Positions 1 through 9,802 of a stretch of DNA of 64,000 nucleotides are shown here, piece after piece. The notes under the pieces were generated by a model that was given only the letters and a program-made list of their open reading frames with translations, had not been told where the DNA came from and did not search any database. The DNA comes from a virus. Position 1 is the first letter of the stretch. Each line of letters begins with the position of its first letter. Location of the stretch: positions 1 to 64,000 of IMG/VR virus record IMGVR_UViG_3300045988_055014; one strand, written 5' to 3'. The position numbers and the translations under genes are program-made.

Positions 1-517
1 TCTCTAGTTTATCAACTAATTCTTTAGCATCTTCTTTATTTCTAAAAGTTTCTTTAGCTTTCTTTTCTATTTGCTTTTTCTTTTTTTCACTTTTTACATC
101 TGCTATTTTGATAGCTCCACTACATACATTCTGTTCATTATCAACACAATCACATAAAGTAAATTCTTTAGATTGTTGTCTTTTTCCTTTAGTTTTGGAA
201 CTGGTTATTAAAAAAATTCCTTGTTTTTCACACTTTTTACCATTAACATTGATGAATTTAATACTACCATAGAATATATCTCCAGGTTTAAGATCTTTAG
301 AATTTGTACTAGAATCAACTAATAGATCACAAGAAGAATTATCTTTAGTTGTATTTTCTTCTTGATCTTCAACCTGATTATCATGTTCTGTAGCTTCGGA
401 TACTTCTGTTTGTTGAGTATCTGTTTTAGTTTTAGATTCATCCTGTTTTCGTTCTTTAGTACTAGATTGTGCAGGTTTATCTTTTTCTATATCTGTAGTA
501 CATTCAATTTCTATCAT
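1..517 (-). CDS. hypothetical protein, 3' end cut by window edge
   Basis: Minus-strand frame is open from ATG (517-515) to position 1 (172 codons). It is absent from the ORF track because it never terminates in the window. Acidic/Lys-rich, no motif recognised. Confidence 0.4.
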   Translation of the reverse strand, partial: MIEIECTTDIEKDKPAQSSTKERKQDESKTKTDTQQTEVSEATEHDNQVEDQEENTTKDNSSCDLLVDSSTNSKDLKPGDIFYGSIKFINVNGKKCEKQGIFLITSSKTKGKRQQSKEFTLCDCVDNEQNVCSGAIKIADVKSEKKKKQIEKKAKETFRNKEDAKELVDKLE

Positions 518-537
518 GATGATTTATTTTTTAATGA

Positions 538-574
538 TTAAAAAAGAATAAGGGTAGCTATTAACTACCCTTAT
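538..574 (-). terminator. rho-independent terminator after ORF 601..1221
   Basis: 10-bp perfect stem ATAAGGGTAG (548-557) / CTACCCTTAT (565-574). It is followed on the minus strand by a T-run (plus-strand A-run 538-545). Confidence 0.6.
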
Positions 575-600
575 TTATATAATTTATAATCTACCTATTA

Positions 601-1221
601 TTAAAACGGCAGATCATTTGTTGGATCTGTAAGAGCTTGCGTATTAGTTTCAGATGAAGTTGCACTAAACGGATTATCGTTCTTTACTTCTTTATCTGCA
701 ACAACAGGCTTTGTAAATTGGTCAATATTTAGCATAGCAATAGAAGATGCTTTACCTTCTGCTAATTCCATAGGTTCGATGAAAGTATACTTAGCATAAT
801 TAGGTAAAGTAGTATAACCTTTATCATTATAAACTACTTTTACTCTTAATTTCTTACTTTTATCAACTTTGTTCAACATATCATTTATCCATTGAGCGAA
901 TTGTTCAAAACTCTCTCCGTTAAAATCAAGTTCTTCATCTTTATAATAACAAGTAAGTATCTGTAACATACGAGAATACTGCTTATCCATTTTTGTTTGA
1001 AGTTGTTCTTCTGTAGTTACAAATCCGCCAAGAGTAGGTTTCCATTCAGTATGAGTCAACGTTGCTCCGTCTTTCTCAAATACTATTTCTAAGAACTGAT
1101 TTCCATTAGGAGATACTTCTGTTCTTACGCTTTTCAACACTACGTTTTCAATAATACCAGCTGGAATATACTTAATATCGCTTTTGCTAATACTTGCTGC
1201 ACGTTCTTTACTATATGTCAT
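601..1221 (-). CDS. single-stranded DNA-binding protein-like
   Basis: 206 aa, sits in the replication cluster. The C-terminal tail ...DPTNDLPF resembles the acidic/aromatic tails of SSBs (E. coli SSB ends DDDIPF). Call rests on tail and context only. Confidence 0.45.
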   Translation of the reverse strand: MTYSKERAASISKSDIKYIPAGIIENVVLKSVRTEVSPNGNQFLEIVFEKDGATLTHTEWKPTLGGFVTTEEQLQTKMDKQYSRMLQILTCYYKDEELDFNGESFEQFAQWINDMLNKVDKSKKLRVKVVYNDKGYTTLPNYAKYTFIEPMELAEGKASSIAMLNIDQFTKPVVADKEVKNDNPFSATSSETNTQALTDPTNDLPF

Positions 1222-1236
1222 AATTTCAATATTTTA

Positions 1237-1977
1237 TTATTCAGGTAAATAAATTCTGTCCCAGTGGACGTTAATTTCATTATTTTCATTGCTTTCCGCA
1301 ATAACTATCTTTTTACCACGTATATGTGGAGCTCTAGCTTCTCTTACTGAATTATCTCCACCTTCAAAAGATATGATAGTTTCATTCTTTTTACGATAGA
1401 CATAACCAACAGCATCTGCTTCTCCACATACTATATCACCTAGTTTTCCTACTAGATCTAAAGCCATCTCTGATAATTCTTCTCCTTCTTTATTAATCAT
1501 TTTTTCTTTAGTATGACCAATAAGAATAAAATTATCACAGAGATTACGAAACATATCTATTACTTTTCTAACTGCCATACGAAGATACATATATCCACTA
1601 CCATTTGGTAATGTACGTATATCATCTCCATTATAGGATTTGCCCATAGGAGTCTGTTTGTAAAGGACTTTTGCGTATCCTAGACACATTTCTTCTAATC
1701 TAGTAGCATTATCTATAGCAATATATTTATAAGGTTTTTTACCAGTTTTAGCTGTTTCTTCATTTATTGCTCTAGATATATTAGCTAAGTCTTCAATAGT
1801 ACGAGCTTGAATAGAGAGAGCTTCTAAGAACTCTGAACCTCCCTCTAAGTCTATAATAAGACAGTTATCAAGCTTTGATAATAAAGTAGTTTTACCTGAT
1901 TTAGGTCGACCAAACAAGATTAAAAATCTTGGATTGTTAACCTTTGGTTTGTTTTTTTCTTTTGGTAGTATTAACAT
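1237..1977 (-). CDS. P-loop ATPase (Sak4/RecA-like AAA)
   Basis: Walker A FGRPKSGKTT near the N-terminus. Hydrophobic strand + D (IAIDNAT) is Walker B-like. About 245 aa, next to the helicase. Confidence 0.55.
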   Translation of the reverse strand: MLILPKEKNKPKVNNPRFLILFGRPKSGKTTLLSKLDNCLIIDLEGGSEFLEALSIQARTIEDLANISRAINEETAKTGKKPYKYIAIDNATRLEEMCLGYAKVLYKQTPMGKSYNGDDIRTLPNGSGYMYLRMAVRKVIDMFRNLCDNFILIGHTKEKMINKEGEELSEMALDLVGKLGDIVCGEADAVGYVYRKKNETIISFEGGDNSVREARAPHIRGKKIVIAESNENNEINVHWDRIYLPE

Positions 1978-2060
1978 ATTAAAAATAGGTTAACACTTTA
2001 CCTGTGAGATTCTGAAATTATCTGACAAAAATTGAAATTTTACACAATGTAAAGTTGTTG

Positions 2061-2639
2061 TTATTCATTGTTAATGATATTATTAACAGTAGTACTATTA
2101 CTAATATTAATAATAACATTTACTATATTATTTTTATCTGCTTTATGATAATTATTCAAAAACAGACTAGGATTATCAATAGGAATAATTGTATAACCAA
2201 TTTGAATAAACTTTTGGTAAATACGTACAGGTTGACCCATATAAGTAAGATCGTATCCACGATCTTCTTCATAGTCTTCCATAATCTTAGCATATTCTGC
2301 TAAACGTTTCAATGCCATATCAAATTCTGAAACGGCATCATATTGACGTAGCTTAAATGCTCGATTTGCGAACGGACATGTAAGATAATTATCGTAGGAA
2401 CATGTCGGTCGATAATATTTTTTGTTGAATGCAGAGAAATGTGCATTACGATTGCATCCAAAGCATAACAAGTCATCAGGACCTGCATAGGATACACTAT
2501 ATTCCGGATCTTCCGGAGTATGAATTCCATACCATTTAGCAAATGGTAGACGGTTTTTAACTTCGTTTAATATACGATTTTTCAAAGAACCTTGTGGGTC
2601 AATATTTTGTTTCGGAAGTCTAATTGTAAAACCTTTCAT
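2061..2639 (-). CDS. hypothetical protein (replication module)
   Basis: 192-aa ORF tightly packed between the ATPase and helicase genes. Cys/His-rich middle part, no family recognised. Confidence 0.5.
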   Translation of the reverse strand: MKGFTIRLPKQNIDPQGSLKNRILNEVKNRLPFAKWYGIHTPEDPEYSVSYAGPDDLLCFGCNRNAHFSAFNKKYYRPTCSYDNYLTCPFANRAFKLRQYDAVSEFDMALKRLAEYAKIMEDYEEDRGYDLTYMGQPVRIYQKFIQIGYTIIPIDNPSLFLNNYHKADKNNIVNVIINISNSTTVNNIINNE

Positions 2640-2641
2640 AA

Positions 2642-3625
2642 TCAGCCTTTTTTAATTTGTTTAAATACTACTTTTTGTTCTTCAGCATTTGCAGTATTAG
2701 TTTCAATTAAGTTACCATATTGAAGTTCATTCTCAAATTCTAATATACATGGTTCTCCATCTCTTACTTTTAAGAAATGCATATAAACCTTATTTTTTAC
2801 AGGTAGACGTCTTACACCATAGATAGCTAGATTTAAGATTTCTGGGCGATGAACTGCTATTACGAAATCACTTGCTTGAAATATTGCATCAGATGCTGAT
2901 AAATCACTTCTCATAGGGAAGTGAGTACTTGGATTATTAATTCTATCAGGACTTTCAATATTTCGATTCATCTGTGAAAGCTGTATTATACTAGTATTAG
3001 AAAGTTTTTTCTTCTGTATAAACATTTTCTGTAAATCGACTATTGTACTTCTTTCTCCACCTTCTCCATTTACTAGAAGAACATGGTCTAATATTACTAT
3101 TAGCCAACGACCGTTAGCTACAGTATTATGAAAGTAATCTATAGTATTACCTATTTCTTCTACATTACATACTTTATCAACAAAGTATATATTGTACTTC
3201 TTAATGGTTTCAGCTGCCGATTCAGCTTTTAATAAGTCTTCATCACTAAGTGTATCTATTGAACTATATAATTCAGATACAGTTTTCTTAGTTTTATTAC
3301 TTATTACACGACCAACATTTCTGTAGTCTACCATTTCTAAACTAAAGTATAATACTACGATATCCTGATCAGGATTAAGATCAATTAAATCCATTACTAA
3401 CATATTTGCAACTGAGCTCTTTCCGCTGCCTGATATACCAGCTATAGTAAATATCATATTAGGTTCAATTCCGCCAGTAGCTTTATTGAATTTATCCCAT
3501 CTAGTTTTTAGAGATACTATACTATGATTTTTTCTAGCTTTAATGTAGTTTATGGATTTATTAGCTACCTGAGATATTGACTCAAAAGGTAGTATTTTAA
3601 CGGCATTCTGTTCCGTATTCTCCAT
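2642..3625 (-). CDS. DnaB-like replicative helicase (RecA-fold core)
   Basis: Walker A GISGSGKSS, Walker B-like LIVILDHVLLV, and a SQMNR motif typical of DnaB-family C-terminal domains. Confidence 0.6.
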   Translation of the reverse strand: MENTEQNAVKILPFESISQVANKSINYIKARKNHSIVSLKTRWDKFNKATGGIEPNMIFTIAGISGSGKSSVANMLVMDLIDLNPDQDIVVLYFSLEMVDYRNVGRVISNKTKKTVSELYSSIDTLSDEDLLKAESAAETIKKYNIYFVDKVCNVEEIGNTIDYFHNTVANGRWLIVILDHVLLVNGEGGERSTIVDLQKMFIQKKKLSNTSIIQLSQMNRNIESPDRINNPSTHFPMRSDLSASDAIFQASDFVIAVHRPEILNLAIYGVRRLPVKNKVYMHFLKVRDGEPCILEFENELQYGNLIETNTANAEEQKVVFKQIKKG

Positions 3626-4169
3626 AACTTACAGGTGTTTCAGTTTCATAACTCATTTGCTCTTCAATAACCTCCCACTCATGTTGAGTGAGCCATTTCC
3701 ACATCGTCTTCATATAACCAATTTTACCAGTTATCATTTTGTTTTCAATTTCAAATTGAAGACATTGAAGAAGGTGTTCATGCATTGCTTTAGACTTGCC
3801 AACAATACGATTATATTCTTTACGACACTTGTTTATATTAGCTCGTAAAAAACCTTTAGTACCATCTGGTCTCATAACATACACTGGAAATACTTCATAG
3901 AACTCATCAAACCATGTCTTGTCTTGTTTTACACTTGATAATAGTTTTTCTGTAGGACTATAAATTTTATTATCTCCTGAAGTAGTAAAGGAGATAAGGT
4001 CATTGTCGATTAACTCTTGTATGTCGTTTTCACTTATTCGGCTGAGAAACTTGTGAACGTCTTGATTATTACTTTGATTATCATTCAACACAAGAGTTAA
4101 AAATACTAACTGATTAATTGATATTTCTCCAAAAATATCTAATAATGTTGTATCTAATTCTAGTATCAT
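3597..4169 (-). CDS. hypothetical protein (possible helicase partner)
   Basis: 190-aa ORF overlapping the helicase start by 29 nt. No motif recognised. Confidence 0.5.
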   Translation of the reverse strand: MILELDTTLLDIFGEISINQLVFLTLVLNDNQSNNQDVHKFLSRISENDIQELIDNDLISFTTSGDNKIYSPTEKLLSSVKQDKTWFDEFYEVFPVYVMRPDGTKGFLRANINKCRKEYNRIVGKSKAMHEHLLQCLQFEIENKMITGKIGYMKTMWKWLTQHEWEVIEEQMSYETETPVSYGEYGTECR

Positions 4170-4217
4170 AATATAGTACTTTATGAACTAACTTTTGATA
4201 CAATCTGGAAATATTTG

Positions 4218-5352
4218 TTAAAACAACGTTAGTTGTCTTGGTTTTAATTCTTCAATGATCTTTAACGCTTCCTTTAAATAGTAGCGATAATTGATCTTTC
4301 TTTCTTCTATAGGTTTATTATCAAATTTGTTTAGTATAGTAACACCAGATGCAGTAAGTAGATTAGTATAGTCTACTCTAGTACCTTTAGTTATAATCTT
4401 TGAACTATAAGGTAATATCTGTTCTACATTAGAATTATAGTAAAACTGATTTGGATCTGTAGTTATTATACTTTCTCCTGTTTTGAGACATACAATATAT
4501 TGCGGTATCTCAACATCTCTGTTTACTATTTTACATTTATATAAATAAGGACCATTAGTAGATGCATAGAATCTATTGATTCTTTGTGTCAGTTCTCCAT
4601 TATACTCTACAGAGAATTTCTTATCTACTTTCTGGTAAGTAAGAAACTTCTTAATATCTTTACAATTGTAGATAGTATCTTTTACAGGAATACCATCAAC
4701 AAAATAATCTCTAATAGCTTCTGGAATAATCTTTGCAGACATTCCCTTACCAAGTAATACCTTAGTAATGAACATACCTTTTTCTTTGATATAATCATCT
4801 TTAATCATATCTAAAGAAGTATAAGGCTTCTTCTTTTTATTTAGAGCTTTTTCTGGTTCAGTTTCAAACAATTTCTTCATTGCTTGATAACCTTCTTTTA
4901 CAGCTATATAATCATTAATAGCATACTGATACATAGCTTCAAAACGATCTTCCTCTAGGGTTAATCTCGTTTGTTGTTCCCATTCCTTACATATACTTTG
5001 TAATTTTTCATACAGATTCTTCTTAAGAAGAACAAATAAACCATCTGTATTTGCCTGTACTATTCTACAGCCAATATCAGATAATCTTTCTGCTAACATA
5101 AGTAATAGTAATTGTCCATTTATTCTAATCTGCATTACTGCGAAAGGACTATAACAGAAATTATGTTCATTCTGTAGATTACCACTAAGACCGTTTAATG
5201 CTAATTTAAGCGTTTTATCTTTAGTCTTAATACCATTATGTTTTGCTTCTATTCGTTCATCTTTAACTTGATTATAAACTTCTAGAAATTCAGAACCCAA
5301 ATGTTTTGGGTAGAATTTATACTCTATTATCATACTGGGATACAGAGATGCA
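4218..5352 (-). CDS. DNA polymerase family B, exon 2
   Basis: Begins (V)ASLYPS (motif A remainder). Contains KLALNGLSGNL (motif B-like) and VQANTDGLFV (motif C, DTD-type). Exon1+exon2 = 2154 nt = 717 aa + stop. Confidence 0.8.
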
Positions 5353-6298
5353 CTTTATGCTGACTATATCTTAATTTGGCATTTCGTCCATACATAACCA
5401 TACATGCTAGGTTTTTCACCTGAACATACAGCATATATATTATGTACTTTGTAATTAGGATTTTCTTTTATAATATCTTTAACTCTATTCCATTCCTTTA
5501 TGAATACACCTTCTTTAGTATATTGCTTAATAGTGTATTTAGTTAAAGCTTTAGATACTTTATTTGCCATTATATTTTTAGTATTTGGATTTTCTTTCCA
5601 AAATTTAGAAGATTTTTCTCCTATTTTCTTACGTTCTTCTAAGTTTTTAAATCTATTTTTCTGAGCTTCAGAATATCTATTTTTAGTTTCTTGTAAGGGT
5701 ATCATTCCTAATATTGAATGATCTCTTCTAAGATTATATCCTTTTTCTCTATTAATAGTATCTAAACTTGTTATATAATGGTACTCTTTATCTTTTAAGT
5801 TTTCTGTAGTATATTCTAATACTTTATAATCAAAAGCATCGGAACCATATTTATTCCAATCTTCTATAAAGTACTTATTATCTTGTTTAAATTTGTTATT
5901 TTTTAAATAAGATTTATGTGCATTTATCCTAGAATAAATATCTTTACTACATCCTATATACTGCTTTCCGTTTACAGTACAGATTATACTGTAAATACCT
6001 GATTTTTTCCAATCTATACGTCTTCCTTTCATAATGTTCTTTTTTATTTTTAAACGTATATATGGATAATAGGTTGCCAAATTCCTCACGTTTCGTACAA
6101 AATGTACTACGTCTTCACAGACTAGTCGATGAACACATATCCAAAGTGGATACTTCGCTGCGGATTACACCTTTACTATGATTTTACAATCCGATAAGCG
6201 TTATCTTATCTGCTACACAATCTATTACTAGTTGCTGCTGTTATAGTAAAGTTTAAACGCTTTCCCGCAATTAGTGAGGTTACGACGCTGCATCACTT
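5353..6298 (-). mobile_element. group I intron (946 nt) carrying a GIY-YIG homing endonuclease ORF
   Basis: Interrupts PolB motif A. Exon 1 ends in U (6299) and the intron ends in G (5353). P1: exon CGACGU (6304-6299) pairs with intron GCGUCG (6288-6283), with U.G at the splice site. P10: intron GAUGCA (6294-6289) pairs with exon 2 UGCAUC (5352-5347). Confidence 0.75.
5364..6032 (-). CDS. GIY-YIG homing endonuclease (intron-encoded)
   Basis: GIYSIICTVNGKQYIGCS...R..H motif. ATG at 6032 (the track ORF starts at an upstream GTG, 6089). Ends with TAG at 5364-5366. Confidence 0.8.
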   Translation of the reverse strand: MKGRRIDWKKSGIYSIICTVNGKQYIGCSKDIYSRINAHKSYLKNNKFKQDNKYFIEDWNKYGSDAFDYKVLEYTTENLKDKEYHYITSLDTINREKGYNLRRDHSILGMIPLQETKNRYSEAQKNRFKNLEERKKIGEKSSKFWKENPNTKNIMANKVSKALTKYTIKQYTKEGVFIKEWNRVKDIIKENPNYKVHNIYAVCSGEKPSMYGYVWTKCQIKI

Positions 6299-7317
6299 AC
6301 GTCGATATCTATTAACATTTCATCTTCCTTAGGAATAATTATCTCAGGTTTGTTTTCAGAGTGAATACCACCAACTCCTACAGAATATTTTAATCCTCTA
6401 AATACAAATTTGTTTTCGTATCCTTTTCTACCTGGTGATACTATCTGCTTTTTCATATCAGATAGTACATTACGAAGTATAGGATCTTTATATTCTATAT
6501 AAGGCAATATTACTTTGTTTAGGTCTATAACATCTGCTGGGCTTCTTAAATCTTTAATATCCCACCATTTTAAGCCTGTCTTTTCAAGATATTTCTGCGT
6601 TAGAATTTTCATTCCAATGTTTACTCCATCTTTACTTAACACTCTTACTCCATATTCATCTTCGATAGCTATTCTTAAATCTACATCTTCCTTACACCGA
6701 TTTAATAATTCTTCAGTAGAATTAACATCATTCACATTATACTCTATCATCTCTTCTATTCTATCTTCTTCCAAAAACTTATTAAAGTCTCCATCAAATT
6801 CTAGAACATTAGGATATTGCATAGTTACTTGCATTTCCTTCAACCCAACACGTAGTTTCTGTGAATATAACATAGTAAGTATATCAAATGAATCATACCA
6901 TACTTGATATTTCCATTTTTTCCATGCTTCTATGTTGTCATCTGCTTGAGATGTAGTTATAGTTCTACTTAAGTTAAAAATACTATCACATATTCTTAGA
7001 TATGGTTTATTTTTAAGTATATCATAATAATCTATTATATAGTTAATAATAGGATTATCATAATGTAAATTATTATATCCCGCAAAGATTTTATTTGAAT
7101 CAATTTGAGTTTCAGTAGTATAGAGATCTCCAAATTTTAATGGTGCATTAATATTTGGTACACGAAAAAAATCAACTAATTCTGATAATTGATTTTTTCT
7201 GCTTGATATCTCAAACTTATGAAACTCCCCTGTTTCAGTATTCTTTGCTGTGCAATGAAATACATTAGGGAAAACTTCAATATCATAAACATATACTGTT
7301 TTTCCTCTTATCTTCAT
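6299..7317 (-). CDS. DNA polymerase family B, exon 1 (3'-5' exonuclease domain)
   Basis: Exo I YDIEVFPN, Exo II NNLHYDNPII, Exo III YNVNDVNSTEEL. The track ORF 6280..7317 runs into the intron and stops at an intronic TAA. Confidence 0.8.
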
Positions 7318-7334
7318 AGCGTATAAATTTGTAG

Positions 7335-7406
7335 TGATTCTGCTCAGACTCGAACTGAGATTTAAATTTTAGAAGAATTTTGTTCTATCCCTTGAACTAC
7401 AGAATC
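7335..7406 (-). tRNA. tRNA-Arg (anticodon UCU)
   Basis: Minus strand: GATTCTG-TA-GTTC-AAGGGATA-GAAC-A-AAATT-CTTCTAA-AATTT-AAAT-CTCAG-TTCGAGT-CTGAG-CAGAATC-A. All four stems are fully paired, with U33 and A37. Confidence 0.85.
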
Positions 7407-7452
7407 TAGAGGCAGGATTCTTTATAGACTATCCTGCTAAAAGTCTGTCGCT

Positions 7453-8172
7453 CTACGCCGCTTGCTTTATCTCTGGCAAATGTTTAGCAAAGCATTTCTT
7501 TTCTAAAGTTGTTCTATCTACTATCGTAATAGACTCGTAGTTACTATATTTATCGGATAACTTTGTATTCAATTTAGTAACTACTTTAGTAAGTTGTTCG
7601 ATAGGTAGATTAGAGTAGCTTGTCTTAAACTCTTTATCGTCTGTAGTAGCTATAACTACTTTATACGGTCTTTGTTCTAAATACTGTAACTTCTTAGACA
7701 TCTTAAATTCTTCAAGTTGTTTAGCTACTTTCTTAATTTTCTCTTCATGAGCTGCTTTATAAGCTTGTTGTTTAGCAATACGTTCTGCTTTATTGCTACC
7801 ATATAGATTCTGTACCAGTTCATTATGGTAATCAGAATAAGTACGTTCTTCTAATAACTGTTCTTTATCCTTTTTATCAGATTGATGCATAGGTTTCTTA
7901 GGAATACTAACTATTCCATTCTTTGTTTTATGATACTCTTTACTTGCATTAGTAGCTTCAGGAGTCCATTTGTAAGTATATATTTCTCTACTTACTATTT
8001 TATCATGACGGCGAGTAGTTGTATATTCTTTTGTCATAGGTTTAATTTTTTCTGACAAAGATATTCCTTTACTACACATTGCTTTATAATCTGAGGATTT
8101 AGTTAATCCATAACGTTTTTGTAAGTTTTGCTGATATTTAGCATTTTTCTTATTTCTAGTTTCTTGATTCAT
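7453..8172 (-). CDS. hypothetical basic protein
   Basis: 239-aa Lys-rich ORF that ends with TAG (7453-7455). No motif recognised. Confidence 0.55.
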   Translation of the reverse strand: MNQETRNKKNAKYQQNLQKRYGLTKSSDYKAMCSKGISLSEKIKPMTKEYTTTRRHDKIVSREIYTYKWTPEATNASKEYHKTKNGIVSIPKKPMHQSDKKDKEQLLEERTYSDYHNELVQNLYGSNKAERIAKQQAYKAAHEEKIKKVAKQLEEFKMSKKLQYLEQRPYKVVIATTDDKEFKTSYSNLPIEQLTKVVTKLNTKLSDKYSNYESITIVDRTTLEKKCFAKHLPEIKQAA

Positions 8173-8272
8173 AACAATTTGATATTTAAAAATTAATAAC
8201 TGAGGGAGCTAAGTAGATTAATGTTTTAAAGTTTCTCGTACGTACTCCTTCTACCGCTCCCAATTAATTTAT

Positions 8273-8365
8273 AGAAAGAAGTATAGTCAGTTTAGCTGTG
8301 CAAGCACCCTGCCATCCCTGACACATCTATGTCGTTCTGAATTATATTCAGATATACTTCTTTCT
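8273..8365. repeat. 13-bp perfect inverted repeat with a 67-nt spacer
   Basis: AGAAAGAAGTATA (8273-8285) and TATACTTCTTTCT (8353-8365), followed on the plus strand by a T-run (8368-8377). Lies in the intergenic gap between two minus-strand genes. Confidence 0.7.
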
Positions 8366-8375
8366 GTATTTTTTT

Positions 8376-8870
8376 TTAAGCTGCTAAACACATAGGAGCA
8401 GCAGAGTCATCAAAATCTGTTTCCTCATTGAACTTAGTCAATTTCTCTTTCAACTTCAGAATCTCTAAATCGAGTTCTTTTATTCGTGCTTTAACCCAAT
8501 TAGAAGTTAAAACTTCAGTCTTATTTAGAGCTTTTTTACCTTTCTTAGATTTAAGAACAGGATTCAAAGTTCGTATACGACTAAGATGTACTTTCATTTC
8601 CTGCAATTCACACAATTTAAATACATCTAATTGATTACAATCAACAGGTAAATCACTGAATTTCTTCAATCCCATATTAATACATAGTATCTTTAACTTA
8701 ACTATTACTCGTTCATCTGTAAGACTTTTAATAGTTTCATAAAGTTCTTTCAAATCGTAAGTACGCTTATAGTTACGATTTACTACATTTTCAATAGAGA
8801 TAATATTCCAATACTTAGTAATATCTGCTGATAGTTTATCACGTTTTTCAATAAAATTATTTGCTTTCAT
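8376..8870 (-). CDS. hypothetical protein
   Basis: 164-aa ORF, predicted helical/coiled C-terminal half. No motif recognised. Confidence 0.55.
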   Translation of the reverse strand: MKANNFIEKRDKLSADITKYWNIISIENVVNRNYKRTYDLKELYETIKSLTDERVIVKLKILCINMGLKKFSDLPVDCNQLDVFKLCELQEMKVHLSRIRTLNPVLKSKKGKKALNKTEVLTSNWVKARIKELDLEILKLKEKLTKFNEETDFDDSAAPMCLAA

Positions 8871-9148
8871 ATATACTTGATTTTAATAATTTGACAATTA
8901 ATTAATTATTTTTAGTATATTAGAAAGTCTACCTGTGTAGCTATTAAACTGATCAAGGTTTAATAACTTAAAATATCAGCTATCTTCACAGACCACTGAT
9001 ATACTACAAAAAATTAAGAATTAAGACAGGCAAGATCAAATTCTAGAGCCTCTGTCACATCTCGATATGGCATCCGATTCTTATTCTCTCGGCTTTCCAA
9101 CACTTAGTTACCTTGGTAACATTATCAGAGGCAGTTTAGTAAGAGTAT

Positions 9149-9239
9149 ATACGAACCCAACCAAATGTATATACTCTTACTGGTTTTATGTTGTTTTCAA
9201 TTATTTTCTACTTAATACGAACCCAACCAAATGTATATA
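9149..9239 (-). promoter_or_regulatory. two 25-bp direct repeats, each with a Bacteroides-type -7 promoter box (leftward)
   Basis: ATACGAACCCAACCAAATGTATATA at 9149-9173 and 9215-9239. The reverse complement contains TACATTTG, which matches TAnnTTTG (plus 9162-9169 and 9228-9235). Located upstream of ORF 8376..8870. Confidence 0.45.
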
Positions 9240-9244
9240 TTCGA

Positions 9245-9781
9245 TTATAAATCTCCTTCAACATGTAAATTAACGGGTATTCTCTCATACCCAAAGTCAA
9301 TACAAGCATTAGCTATCCCAACCATTCTGCGACGCTTGCTATTACCCATATTTTTATCAAAGCCTGGGTCATCTTTTGTAATATCATAGGTCAATTTCAA
9401 TGGACTGTTTTCATCAAGTAATGTACAATAATACAATAGTAACTCGATTACTTTCTCTTTTTCATCTTTCTTAAGTACTTTGTCAATTGCTTCTGTCAGA
9501 AACCCAACCAAACCTGACTTGTCACAATTGTTACTTTCTACACCTGTAATGATGAAAGCTATTCTTTGTACTAAACTAAAAAAGTCTATTACATAATAGG
9601 AATTAAACCACTTATTTACCCAACCATATTTGTGGCGTCCTATTAATATAGTTCCATCAGTTCCAACATTTATCTTTTTGCTTCCATCCATCAGCAAATT
9701 ATTTTGAATACGTGGATCTGACATAATTAGCTTTAACATTTGCAAGTGATATGAATCTATTGGCTTCTTATTTGTTGCCAT
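9245..9781 (-). CDS. hypothetical protein
   Basis: 178-aa ORF, no motif recognised. Confidence 0.55.
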   Translation of the reverse strand: MATNKKPIDSYHLQMLKLIMSDPRIQNNLLMDGSKKINVGTDGTILIGRHKYGWVNKWFNSYYVIDFFSLVQRIAFIITGVESNNCDKSGLVGFLTEAIDKVLKKDEKEKVIELLLYYCTLLDENSPLKLTYDITKDDPGFDKNMGNSKRRRMVGIANACIDFGYERIPVNLHVEGDL

Positions 9782-9802
9782 AGTTTATATACTTAAGAAT
9801 GA

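Noticed and set aside
2055-2303. Antisense or shadow ORFs in the track overlapping longer genes. These are 2055, 2309, 3657, 6515, 8428, 12534, 13270, 14077, 15815, 16942, 18314, 21097, 24990, 26102, 26557, 27502, 28438, 29012, 29953, 30206, 31387, 31735, 32329, 32865, 41510, 41917, 43720, 45047, 46693, 48068, 49454, 49988, 50251, 50845, 51056, 54293, 57233, 57909, 59585, 60072 and 60605.
   Set aside because: Each lies opposite or out of frame to a longer ORF with recognisable motifs or operon fit. Their compositions are typical of AT-rich shadow frames.
9067-9273. Track ORF (+) with a duplicated NPTKCIYS peptide.
   Set aside because: The peptide repeat is just the translation of the 25-bp intergenic DNA repeat. 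The ORF is antisense to the operon and overlaps the stop of 9245..9781.
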